Assembly: GCF_006345805.1 (NCBI RefSeq)
Contig: NW_021834341.1
Location: 1-49,381, forward strand
Length of the DNA: 49,381 nucleotides
DNA from: Octopus sinensis
Taxonomy: Eukaryota
Direction of reading: 5' to 3'
The notes below the pieces were generated by a model. The model did not search any database. It had not been told where the DNA came from and saw only the letters and a list, made by a program, of their open reading frames with translations. Shown one piece after another: positions 26,172-38,429 of the stretch. The position numbers and the translations under genes are program-made. Numbering within the stretch: position 1 is the first letter of the stretch; every line of letters begins with the position of its first letter.

Positions 26172-26595
26172 TCAGCATGACAAACCTCATAAGGGAAAAA
26201 TTCATAATTATTCCCTTTAAATTATGAATTTTTCCCTTATGAGGTTTTTTACGCTGAATGTACACGTGTACCGAGATGCAATTCGTAAAGCCCACCTCTT
26301 ACATTGATATATAAGAGTGAACAGTTCTATGTACCGTGCAGGATACATTTAGTTTTCGTCTGGTATGTTGATTTTTTTGTTCATTTTTTACGTGTCTTGG
26401 TTATGCCTGCACTGACGATTACAAAGTGTATTTTGTGCAATAACTATGAAATCATATAGGATTTGCGGATGAATCTGTTTTTAAGAGTTCGGTTTAAGAT
26501 TTACATACCCTCGCGTTCAGTACACTGTATTCATTATGGTAGTTTTGACTTTAAGAGTCCCTCATAGCATGAGGCATTTATGTGTAGTAATACGC
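26172..26595 (+). mobile_element. Diverged single copy of the array A/B family, preceded by an inverted partial copy
   Basis: Shares ttatgaggtttt..acgct, atgcaattcgtaaa and gtccctc.tag..tgaggcatttatgtgta blocks in the same order; perfect 28-bp IR 26182-26209 / 26220-26247. Confidence 0.8.
26407..26468 (+). ncRNA. Type I hammerhead motif, diverged
   Basis: ctgca CTGACGA [29 nt with tacaaag/ttttgtg hairpin] GAA atc atatag gat T tgcgg; base of stem II irregular. Confidence 0.65.
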
Positions 26596-26609
26596 TTAAT
26601 ATAAATAGA

Positions 26610-26645
<36 letters not shown>

Positions 26646-26819
26646 TATATGTATACATACCATGTTTTAGTGGCAACAGAAATATTACCGTCTTGTATTG
26701 TTACTACTTATATCTCGTTCAGAGATTTTAGAACTATGTATGTATGTATGTATGTATGTATGTATGTATGTATGTATGTATGTATGTATGTATATATCTA
26801 TCTACCCTCTTCTGACTCT

Positions 26820-28190
26820 TAATCTGCATGTGTCTTTCACTTGCTGTGGAAGTTTATCACCGTTAAAGGCCGCTGAGAACAAAAGTTCTCCACAGGGTCA
26901 ACATAGTTTCTTGGTCTCTTGTCTTGAAGGATCTCAGTATCCATCCTGCCAGTTGTCTGCACTTTGATGCCATCTTGATGATGTGCATATAAAATTATGC
27001 GTCATTTCACGTACTGATCCTCAAGTATTTCACTGTTTGTGATTCTGGGATTGTAGTGCCTTCGGGTCTTGTATATGTAGGCTGTAGTGCATTCGTGAGT
27101 TGATAGTGCAGTGCTCTAAATTTTCCATTAAGCAGCATGTTGTTTATTTCAGCCCACTTGTATATCGAATTTAGGTCCCGCTGTAAGCTTGCGACGTCAC
27201 CTTGGTTTTTTACTGCCTGTGATAATTTTGTATCATCGTCTTAACTAGTGACAGTGGCTGTCCGTGTGAACGTGGGCTATTATGAACAGTAATGGCCACA
27301 GAACAGTTCCCTGGGGGATGTCACTTAGGAGTTGAGCTTCCTCAGAAAGAGCAATATTGGCTGCAACTACCTGACTTCTGTCTGTAAGGAAGTCATGCAG
27401 CTACTCCCCTAGTTTACCAGTAATACCAAGGTCTTGTAGCATATGGCATATCATTCCATGATCTTCTTTATCAAATGCCTTTGCAAAGTCAATATATATC
27501 ACGCTGACATCTGAATGGTCAAGCAGCTGTTCAAAACCCAATCATAGGCGTTCTGTGCAGCAGCTTCTTCCTGGACGGAAGCCATGCTGTGTATTGTTCA
27601 GTAGGTTGTTTCCTTCTAGGAACATTATCAACTTCTTTCTGATAGTTCGCTCCAAGTCTTTACTAACATATAAAGTCAGACAGATTGGCCTGTAGTTTTG
27701 ACCTCTGCTCTGCTTCCACCTTTGTGGATAGCGTATATAATTATTTCAGGGTTTTAGAAATTTTACCACTTGCAAGGAAACGTTGGGAAAGTATCTGAAG
27801 TGGTTTCGCTAAAGCCTACTTACATGACGTCAGGAGAATACCTGGGAAGTCATTGGGAACAGGTGCAGAGTTTGAGATCATCTGATCTATGGTCGCTGTT
27901 ACATTTGTTTCCTCAATGTTGATGTAATTGATGGTTAACGCCTCCTGTTTTGGAGCCGCAATATTAAAGAACTCAGCAGTTTTTTAAATTTTATTATAGT
28001 ATGTGTCAAAGGGAGGAAGTGAAAACACTTTTAAATTGTTCACTGAGTATCTAACTTATCCTTCCTGGGTCGGCTGTCAGTGAGTCATTCCCATAAAACG
28101 AGGGTCCTATTTTATATTGTATTATGGTTGTTTCCTTTGGGAAATTATTGAAAGTTTTCGGATTTGTTTTTATGCTTTCCACAGCTCGAT
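26820..28190 (-). pseudogene. CR1/L2-group LINE reverse transcriptase fragment
   Basis: RPICLT; TQHGFRPGRSC; DVIYIDFAKAFDK; IPQGTVL; DDDTKL...LQRDLNSIYKWA; many stops. Confidence 0.9.
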
Positions 28191-28295
28191 TCTGTCTCTC
28201 TCTCCCTCTCGCTCTCTCTCTGCCCTTTCCCTTTCGTGAGAGAGTTTGTGCAATATTCATTTTTTCATTCACTCTCTGTTTATTTTCTCTTATTC

Positions 28296-28410
28296 CTTTC
28301 TGTTGAAGAGCGAAGGTTCGAAATTTAAAGATTTTCCCGAGGATCAAATTAATACACCTGCCAGTTGTTCATACACCAGACTTCGTCTTTTGTTATTCTA
28401 TAAATTTCAG
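28296..28410 (+). mobile_element. Short repeat with decayed minimal hammerhead; relatives at 44645-44755 (+) and 25985-26082 (-)
   Basis: cttt CTGTTGA a GAGC gaag GTTC GAA ATT T aaag; downstream aatacac...cttcgtcttt tail shared between copies. Confidence 0.55.
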
Positions 28411-28418
28411 GTGTACAT

Positions 28419-28456
<38 letters not shown>

Positions 28457-28484
28457 GTATGTGTGTGTGTGTGTGTGTGTGTGT

Positions 28485-28521
<37 letters not shown>

Positions 28522-29175
28522 ATTTATGTATGTATTCATGTATGTATTTATGTATGTATGTATATGTATATATGCAATATGCTGCAAGCATAAACTTACG
28601 GTAAAATTCATATATTTCTACAAGCATTGAATATCTACATACATATATGTTTGTATGTCTATCACTCACTCCCCGCTTCTGTGTCTCTCTATCTCTGTCT
28701 ACTTGCCTCTCTGTCTGTGTCACACACACACACTCTCTCTCTCTTTCTCTCTCTTTCTCTCTCTTTCTCTCTCTCTCTCTTTATATGGCCGCAGTCAAAT
28801 GACTGGAACAAATTAAAGAAAAGAACAAAAGAATATGTGTGTGTGCGGGGGGTGGTGCACATGTATATTTAAATTGATATAAATATATTTATATTTTTAT
28901 ACGTATGTATGTTTATATATAATATATTATATAATATATATATATATATACATGAAGATGTAATAATATTCATAAAGGTATCTTCGCGTGTACATGTATT
29001 TATATTGATATACATATGTATGCTTATATATATATATATAATATATTAGGTGCATTTATGTGTGAATGTATATATGTGTACATATATGCATATATGCATG
29101 TATATGTATGGTGTATATATTTATGTACATATGTATGTGTGTATATGATATATATATTATATATATATGTATATG

Positions 29176-29214
<39 letters not shown>

Positions 29215-30771
29215 ATATATATATACATGTAAATATATACGGACATATTTTATACACACACACACACCACACCCACATACATATACACACATACATGTTT
29301 AAATACATATATTATTTACATATTTATCAGATGCCTAAGCTTCCGTCTGTTGCCAGCAAGAGATTGCAGAAATAAATAAAATAAATATAAAAGACGAAAC
29401 TTTATTATATACACTACACATAAAACGTATTCATTCGCCATTTCGATTTATCATTCCATCAAGCAATGTGAATTCTTCGGTTTAAGTTGACATCATCAGA
29501 TGCTTTAGTAATTTGTAAGCCACCGGGGCAGAATTTAGAGCTGTAGTTGTGTGTGCCGGGAATATTATGAAGTTATAAAGCGTAGCCATCATATATAGTC
29601 GACATTAATGCTTAATAATGTCTTGTATTGATTCCTGCATTCGAAGCCATCCGCGGCATTGATTTTCGCAACGAATCGATATTATATATTACACTTAGTC
29701 GTTGAGATATATGTGTATATGTATGTATATATGTATGTATGTATATATGTATGTATGTATGTATGTATATATATATATGTATATATTTATATGTGTGTAT
29801 ATATGTATATTTACATACATACATAGAAGAGAGAGAGATGTAGAGATAGATAGATAGATAGATTAATATGTGTTTGTATGCATCGATATATGCATTTCTA
29901 TGTGACCATACATAAATATATATGCACCTGTACACACACACATATCTTGATTCATGTATGCATACGCACATATATACACACAGACTGTATTTATATCTAC
30001 GTATTTATATATGTATAAGTATCTATGTATATATATATATATATACATACATACATACGTACATACATACATATATATATGTCTGTGCGTGTGTGAACGT
30101 CTGGTTGTATTTATATGTGCTCCAGATGAATTGTTGTCGGTGATGTATCCGTGTATCGGTGTGAGTATGTAAATAAATATATAATAAGATAGCATATGAA
30201 TAAGACTACCTGTAGTGTTTACGATTCATTCGAAAAACAACATTGTTCATATACAGACATTTTCTAGTGAGATTTTCTCATATTTTTTTCATAAGGTTTT
30301 GCGCTCTAAGCGGCTAAAATTATTCTATATTCTCAGCTGGTATGGAGGCCCTCTTCGAAGCCGTTTATATATACTTTTTAAAAACTGCATTTGGGTATGA
30401 TTAGTATAATTTTGGTAGTAATGACTTTGTCCCTCTAGTGTGAGGCATTTATGTGTAATAATGCCTCTATACAATATAGATATAATTAATTTGTTCAAAA
30501 GAAAAAAAATTATTTTCGAATTCTTTTTTTTATGAGGTTTTCACGCTAGCTACCCGATAATTCTTGTTAAGATCCCTTATTAAGAGATTATCCTTAATTG
30601 TTAAACTTATTCCGAAATACTTTTCATTACCCGACATGCAGTTCGTAAAAAAGCTCGCCATTTACCGGATATATGATTTATAAACATTCCATGTGCTTGG
30701 CCGGAGTGAGCAGTTGTCTGTTCATCTTCGCTACGTAAGGTTGGTAGTTTATTTATGATGTGTTCAGAATC

Positions 30772-30829
30772 AGTTCTGCTGACGATCATTAGAGGTAAGT
30801 TGAATGTGAAATCACGGTGATACAGAACT
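30772..30829 (+). ncRNA. Type I hammerhead ribozyme, array B copy 1
   Basis: agttctg CTGACGA tcattagaggtaagttgaatgt GAA ATCAC g GTGAT A cagaact. Confidence 0.85.
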
Positions 30830-31247
30830 AAATTCATTTTTTAAATGTCTTGCTTTGAAAAACTGCATTTGGGTATGATTAGTATAATTTTGGTAGTAAT
30901 GACTTTGTCCCTCCTAGTGTGAGGCATTTATGTGTAATAATGCCCTCTATACAATATAGATATAATTAATTTGTTCAAAAGAAAAAAAATTATTTTCGAA
31001 TTCTTTCTTTTATGAGGTTTTCACGCTAGCTACCCGATAATTTCTTGTTAAGATCCCTTATAAGAGATTATCCTTAATTGTTAAACTTATTCCGAAATAC
31101 TTTTCAACCCGACATGCAGTTCGTAAAAAAGCCCGCCATTTACCGGATATGATTTATAAACATTCCATGTGCTTGGCCGGAGTGAGCAGTTGTCTGTTCG
31201 TCTTCGCTACGTAAGGTTGGTAGTTTATTTATGATGTGTTCAGAATC

Positions 31248-31305
31248 AGTTCTGCTGACGATCATTAGACGTAAGTTGAATGTGAAATCACGGTGATACA
31301 GAACT
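31248..31305 (+). ncRNA. Type I hammerhead ribozyme, array B copy 2
   Basis: agttctg CTGACGA t CATT a GAC gtaa GTT g AATG t GAA ATCAC g GTGAT A cagaact. Confidence 0.88.
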
Positions 31306-31568
31306 AAATTCATTTTTTAAATGTCTTGCTTTGAAAAACTGCATTTGGGTATGATTAGTATAATTTTGGTAGTAATGACTTTGTCCCTCCTAGTGTGAGG
31401 CATTTATGTTAATAATGCCCTCTATACAATATAGATATAATTAATTTGTTCAAAAGAAAAAAAATTATTTTCGAATTCTTTCTTTTATGAGGTTTTCACG
31501 CTAGCTACCCGATAATTTCTTGTTAAGATCCCTTATTAAGAGATTATCCTTAATTGTTAAACTTATAT

Positions 31569-31603
<35 letters not shown>

Positions 31604-32168
31604 GGCAATTAAGGAAGTGGAGAGGAAATCGACAGACATCAACCGGTAAACATTCCAGTGTGTCTATTTATTCCAATGCATTAGATAAATACATACACCT
31701 GTATTAGTGGTACAGATTATCAAATAGGAAGAGTTGGTCATTGCAAGAACAAGGGTGTGGAAGCATATAATCATATAGGAACAGGCGATTAATTGAGTAA
31801 ATGAGCAAATGAGCAAATAAGTAAATGAACAGATTGTCAGTAAACCCGAATGTGTGTGTAGGTGCTAGGTCCTATATATATAATTTACATACATACATAT
31901 ATTATGTGCGCGGTACGGGGTGGGCCAAAAGTTACGCAAGACAGTAAAACTCATTTAATAATGAACAAAATTAATTACAATAATACAATATGAATAAAAT
32001 GTCAAATGTTCTGGTGATTTTACTTTCACTCACCCTGCATACATTTCCATACACTTCTCTCTGTTATGCGCAGCTGCTTGTACGTCAATTCAGGAGCTGG
32101 TTATCCGGTTGCCACTCTATCACCATATATATATATGTATATATATATATATGTTGTGTGTGTGTATG

Positions 32169-32212
<44 letters not shown>

Positions 32213-32288
32213 GACCGGAGTAAACACATAATGTGAAACAAGGTGGAAAAAAGAGTACTCAAATACCAGTGGTAGAGTAATATGCTTT

Positions 32289-32436
32289 TTTTAAGCAGCA
32301 GAAAATTCAACAAAATCTGTTACTCTGAGTTTCTCGTTGCCGTTCATCAGACAGTTTTTGCTAGCAAAAACTGTCTGATGAACGGCAACGAGAAACTCAG
32401 AGTAACAGATTTTGTTGAATTTTCTGCTGCTTAAAA
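32289..32436. repeat. Perfect spacer-less palindrome, 74-bp arms
   Basis: Centre gct/agc at 32362/32363. Confidence 0.95.
32371..32408 (+). ncRNA. Minimal type I hammerhead (mirror copy 32317-32354, minus)
   Basis: ctgt CTGATGA a CG gcaa CG a GAA ACTC a GAGT A acag; intact core, GUA triplet. Confidence 0.8.
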
Positions 32437-32618
32437 TAAAGTATATATATATATATATATAAATTAGAAAAACCACCTTTTATCAATTCAATAATGAAAA
32501 ATTAAATTGTACCATCTAGAAAATTACATATTATATAAAGATTAAATTTAAGATAAAACATATAACGATGATTAAGTAGTCTGCAACATAATAAATAAAA
32601 CCTATATATTTGGTAGAA

Positions 32619-32722
32619 TAACGACACGTGTTTCGTGGCTATATTTAAGAAATGATTATAGTAAAAATATTAGTAGTAGTAGTAAACTCACTTCAATATA
32701 AATATAGCCACTCATCAGGTTA
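32619..32722 (-). ncRNA. Type I hammerhead with long stem II in a probable solo PLE terminal remnant (32460-32960)
   Basis: taac CTGATGA gtggctatattta...taaatatagccac GAA ACACGTGT C gtta; 13-bp stem II, palindromic stem III, GUC triplet. Confidence 0.88.
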
Positions 32723-33579
32723 AAGATAACTACAATAATATAATAATTCATTAATAAATATGCGTAAATAATCTTTTAAAATACAAATATATTCTTTAAT
32801 ATATATATATATAAGATACAAAATATACATTAAGTGAAGAACTAAACACAACACTTTAAACTATGTACATTAAATCAAATTATTAATTAATATATTTATT
32901 TAATAAACGTCCAAATAAAATCTAATACCCATTAAGCAATTTATACTAATAATATTTGGATTTTGTATATAAAGCGTAGCCATCATATACAGTCGACATT
33001 AATGCTTAATAAGACCATGTACCAGTCGTGGACGGAAAGGTTTTAATTTCAGCTTTTGCATTTCGCTCTGCAATGATGCTCCTGGTATGGAGATTTATGG
33101 AGAATCAGGTCGTGTGGACTTCTTTGGACTGATCACAAATGCCATAGTCACTACCATCCATCTCATTTTGTTCAGTCACAGAAGCCTTAGGGCGTTCAGT
33201 CTTTGGAGCACTACTCACAGAACCTGTGTATCAAATTTATTTCTTATCAGAGAAATTGTCTCGCGTGAAGGTGGAGGAGTGTATAAGGCTTCATGCCATG
33301 GTGTGTGCACCTGCTCGGCATTTTCAGACTCCGAACCTGCTTTAGTATCCACTTTCTTTGTGCTTGATTTAAATTATTTGCCATGGCTCACACTTTACAG
33401 TACCGGTAAAAAAAAACAAAAAAACAAAACAATTACAAACTGAAAAGGGAGCTTGACAGAATTAACTAAATTAGCATATATATTAGCATTATATTCCTTA
33501 TAATTAAGATCTAAAACTGCTAATGGGATAGTTGAATAACTATAAACCTACTTTTGGGCCACCCTATATATAAATATAC

Positions 33580-33617
<38 letters not shown>

Positions 33618-33619
33618 TA

Positions 33620-33679
<60 letters not shown>

Positions 33680-33969
33680 ATGCTACTTCACTAAGACAAA
33701 TATTCAGAAACCACATGGGATAGTAATTGTATTGTTTGGGAAAATAAATTACACTGAATTTTAACTGCAAAACCAGCTTGGATCGATAGCGTCTTTGGCA
33801 TCGTTTAGTTCTCTATGCATTTGAGCATTTGAATAAATTTTTTTTCTATCGAAGGAAACTCTATAAATGTTTGGGGTTTTTTTTCAGTGATTATATGAAA
33901 TTCGTGTAAAACGTGTAAATATTACACTACAACTCGGTAACGAACTATACACACACACACATATGCACC

Positions 33970-34048
<79 letters not shown>

Positions 34049-34184
34049 ATATCTGTATCTATATTTATATATGTATGTGTCTCTATTTCTATATCTATCT
34101 ATCTACCAATCTATTTAACTACTATCCTTACCATTGAAATCTGCTGTGTTATTTAGTAAGTATAATTAATGTATACCAAACTAC

Positions 34185-34226
34185 CATCAACACCACCCCA
34201 CCACCACCACCACCACCACCACCACC

Positions 34227-34258
<32 letters not shown>

Positions 34259-34420
34259 CAACAACAACAACGACAACAACGACAACACTACCACCACCTA
34301 CTCCGATAACCACAGCAATGAGAACAACAACAACAACAACAATAATAATAACAACGACCGTTAACACTACCACCACCATCACCATCACTACCACCCCACC
34401 CCCACCAACACCACTACCGC
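34185..34420. repeat. (ACC/AAC)n compound microsatellite
   Basis: Directly visible. Confidence 0.9.
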
Positions 34421-34789
34421 CTTCTTTAAAACAAGGTAGGAAACGTTTGCTGTTTATAATCTTGTAAAGGCTGAAAAACAAAACGAAAGAAATACATCGA
34501 AATATGATTTTGTCTGTGAATTTTGGAAAACAGAGGAAACAAAGAAAAAAGAAAGGAACAAATGAAGTTTAAAGTATTTAAATCTTCAGTTTTTTTTTGA
34601 GAATAACAATGCCAATACACACACGTGACCTGAATTATAACCCCCGCGTCTATTCTTAACTGTACAACTTTTGTGTTTTCACTTTCAATTTGTTTTTCCA
34701 GTATGTTAGATCTTTCTGAAGTTAAGTCAGATGGAGGAATTAGACATTTTGTCTGAGTTATAGTAAAATGATAATAATAAAAAAGCACT

Positions 34790-35220
34790 GGCACTCCGTC
34801 GGTTGATCCTATTTCTTTACTACCCAGAAGGGGCTAAACACAGAGAGGACAAACAAACGGATTAAATCGATTATATCGACCCCAGTGCGTAACTGGTACT
34901 TATTTAATCGACCTCGTAAGGATGAAAGGCAAACTCGACATCGGCAGAATTTGAACTCAGAACGTAGCGGCAGACAAAATACGGCTACGCATTTCGCCCG
35001 GTGTGCTAACGATTCTGCCAGCTCGCCGCCTATGGTACCAGTTGATCCGATCAACGGAACAGCTTTTTTGTGAAAATAACGCGCAGGTAGTTGATCACAT
35101 TAACACACACGTGTACCCTTAATGTAGTCCTCAGGGAGATTCAGCGAGGCACAGAATATAACAATTTTGGCCCATTGAATTACAGGTATAACTCAGTTTT
35201 TGCTCGCTGAGTGGGCTGGA
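34790..35220 (-). mobile_element. SINE (34808-35030) nested in an older SINE
   Basis: Inner copy matches 14502-14738; flanks cactccgtcggtt and cagttgatccgatcaacg... match 16100-16300. Confidence 0.8.
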
Positions 35221-35263
35221 TCTTGTTTTAACCGCCATCATTTAAATCTGAACACTGTCTTGA

Positions 35264-35303
<40 letters not shown>

Positions 35304-35344
35304 TATATATATTAGGTATATATATATAATATATATATATATAT

Positions 35345-36030
35345 AGATATCGTAATCATTTGTAGCATATTAATTATGAATTTGCATTCTCTCCTCCAGA
35401 TCTCAAGTTCAGCTATAATTTGCACCTGACAGGTCGGTATATGCGCTGTTTCTCCAATAATAATATGTATGAAACTGAAGGTATACCTTGGAAACTGGAT
35501 TTGCGAGCTCCTTATCAATGATCCATAGACGTCTCCTTTCTCTTACATTTTTCTAAACAGATTCGTCTCCAGAGAACAGTTAGTTTCCAAAACTGAAATA
35601 CCCTTTCTTTCTGGTTGCACACTAAAATATCTGACCGGTTGCGTTTTAACTTGTTGGCTATTTTAACTTTCAATTTCCACCAGTATTCTGTTAATCCATC
35701 GGTCTCAATATGGTCAATTTGCTTGTAGGTATTCCCTCTTTTCTTTTTTGTCATCCTGTTCCAGACCGTCCTGGTCTCCATATCATGCTTCATGGGGAGA
35801 CAATATCTGGATGACATTCTGTCACAGATGGCAATAATATGGTTGATGTCTTCAGTCTTGGTCTTGCAGAGCCTACATTTGTTGTCTTTCAACGCTTCCT
35901 GCCATTTATGTTGTAGGTCCTTGGTGGAGATTTTTGTTCTTGGATCACATGGATGTAGCCTTCAAAGTAGGACGGCATAATCGTGTCGGAACTTCATGCC
36001 AAGCTGTTGAAATGATCGATCGGTTTTAGC
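35345..36030 (-). pseudogene. R4/Dong-like non-LTR retrotransposon C-terminal fragment
   Basis: CRLCKTKTEDINHIIAIC zinc knuckle, KHD, then NRSDILV (PD..D-type restriction-like endonuclease remnant). Confidence 0.85.
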
Positions 36031-36799
36031 TTTACGTGCCAAGTACTCTCGTTCTATGTAGGTATGCATGCATACATGCATGTATGTATGTGTGTATGTA
36101 TGTATTTATGTATATATATGTATGTATGTATATATGTATGTATACGTGTTGGTGCATGTATATATGTGTATGTATGCATGTATGTAGATATTTATCTGTG
36201 TGTTTATGTATGTATGCATGCATACATGCGCATGTGTATTGTGTAAATATGTATGTATATAAGTATATATATGTATGTACGTATGTATGTATACGCGTGG
36301 GTGCATGTATATATGTGTGTGTATTCATGTATGTAGGTATGTATCAGTGTTTATGTATGTATGAACGCATGCATACATGCACGTGTGTATGTGTGTAAAT
36401 ATGTATGTATATATGTATATATATATATATGTATGTATATGTATGTATATGTGTGTGAATGTATATATATGTGTATGCATGTATGTAGGTTTGTATGTGT
36501 GTGCATATAAGTGTGTGTATGTATGTATATGTACAGAAATGGATATACTCACACACATACGCAATGCACATACACTCACACATATACTTTGTAGAGCTAA
36601 CCGGAGATTTTTGGCAGCAGATACCCCAGTAACATTTTGGGATTTTATAGAAACTAAATTTTTAAAATAAATCTCGGTTATTTCAAAGATGCACCCAATT
36701 ATGCTATGTGTAGATGATCAAAGGAAGATAAAAACAAGTTTCCAAAACCATGATTAATGAAACTATATTTTAAAAATTATTTTAAAGAAATAAAATTTA

Positions 36800-38300
36800 A
36801 TACGACTAAAACTTTATTTAAAGTCTTCAGTGTGGAAATACGTGCTCACAAAATTTAACAAAGCATGCTTTTGTAGCTACACAAAAAGGAACAAACAAAC
36901 AAGCGTTGTAATAAACTGAAATTGGCACCACTTTATCAAAGCAGATATTTTTTCAGTAGCAAATAATTTAATTGGAACTACTATTAATACTTTCAGCAGA
37001 ATTTGTAGCTTGTCATGGAAATATTCTTCGAATATTTTTATGAGAAGCTTGTTTAGGAGAAGTTATTAATAAAGGAATTCGTTCTTCGTCAATTGCAACT
37101 GATTGTAAACTTCACAGAACGAAATGCACGGTTTTTATAGAAAAAAGAAAGTGTTATCTTCTCATCCTTACTGAAGAAATAAATTGAAGCTATAAGTAAG
37201 AATCAGTTTCGCTTCATTTTGGACGAATCGACTGACACTGGTTGTAAAAAAAATGGCGACATCTACGCGTATGTGTTAGCTAACATAATAAACGAGAAAC
37301 TAAAAGTTGTATCAGTTTTTATGTCCGATTCTTGTTAAAAAAACCTTACTGCTGAAGTGCTGTATTATGTCATCTTGCCATATAAAAGACCTTGAGTGAT
37401 GTGGGAATTAATATTAAAAACCATTTGGTATTGCAACGGAAGGAACTTCAAACCTTTTGTGGCTTTAATAATTCTCTCGGCACCTTCATGAAATTACATA
37501 ATCTAAAGTGATTCTCATAAAATGTATGTCATTTTCTCTCTTTCCTCTCTCTCTCTCTCTCTCTTATTATCTCTTTCCCTCTTTTTGTATCTTTCTCTCC
37601 ATTTAGCATGTTCCTAAGCTGTTGAAGAATTATTACCTTCTAACGTTGAATATTAGTTAAAGGAAAGCTTACAGCTGGTTCCGCAGATTAACACCGAGAA
37701 GAGAATCTTAAACACGAATATAAAAATTAATCGATGAGTCCCTTTTCAAGACCAAAATGGTAGGCGTGATATAACTGTGTAAGCAAACTTCTCAAGCCAA
37801 AAGATGCATTAATGCTATATTTTCAAATGACATCTTCTAGCTTCAACATGGATTATGCAAGAGGATTACATGTTATATCCTGTGAGACGACTAATAAAAT
37901 TTATTTTGCGTTAATGAAATCTGTGTTCAATGAATTTGAAAAAAAAACTAATTTGCTGTTTGGAAATGAAATTATGAATCATTGAAGTATCTTAGATGAA
38001 CTTTACAGTTTTGCATTGTCCATATAACTAGAAATGTTTATTCTCATTATGTGAATGTTAGAAGCTAATTTAGATATTAAATTTACCTCTCAGGGGAAAA
38101 ATAAACTAACTTGGGATGCGATTCGACTAAACGTTTCAATAAGTGAGCTTTCATAAATACAAATGAAACATGAAAACAACTGTGGATACATTTTTCGGAA
38201 TACTGTACAAAAACGGCATCTAATTCATTTTAGAATTATATGTAATGAACTTATTGTTTTCTTTTTATTAATTTAAGACAGAGAAAGAAGAGGAATCCTC
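36800..38300 (+). pseudogene. Heavily decayed hAT transposase
   Basis: LDESTDTGCKK near 37220; GIATEGTSNL near 37430; KC-(CHSL) remnant near 37520. Confidence 0.7.
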
Positions 38301-38429
38301 ATGATGCTGTTTCCTTCAGGGACTCCAAGACTTATTACTGAAAACTAACTTTAATGTTTGCAACTGAATGAAATCTGCTAAAAGCATATGGAGTAGTGTT
38401 TCTCAACCGGGGACCATATGACCCCAAAG

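Larger units (their letters stand above)
30380..31566 (+). mobile_element. Tandem array B: ~2.5 copies of a 476-478-bp non-coding unit, retrozyme-like
   Basis: ctgcatttggg at 30385, 30863, 31339; homologous to the reverse complement of array A; two HHRs; ends in (TA)n. Confidence 0.9.
31916..33566 (-). mobile_element. Internally deleted Tc1/mariner (rosa/DD41D-like) element carrying nested insertions
   Basis: TIRs cggggtgggccaaaagt / acttttgggccacccta with TA flanks; minus 33385-33012 encodes MANNLNQAQRKWILKQ..PPPSRETISLIRNKFD..SPKKSTR..KLKLKPFRPRLVHGL; IEWQP remnant near 32110. Confidence 0.8.

Noticed and set aside
29461-29505. Minus-strand aagcat CTGATGA...ccGAAGAATTC...tgctt
   Set aside because: No clean stem II, GAAG instead of GAAA, and no NUH in register.
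30895-31035. Conserved unit blocks as HDV-like, twister or SECIS motifs
   Set aside because: The required helices and consensus bases could not be placed in all three copies.
24122-31566. Arrays as CRISPR or plain satellite DNA
   Set aside because: There is no repeat-spacer alternation and no cas gene; the units carry covarying ribozymes and are dispersed in low tandem number.
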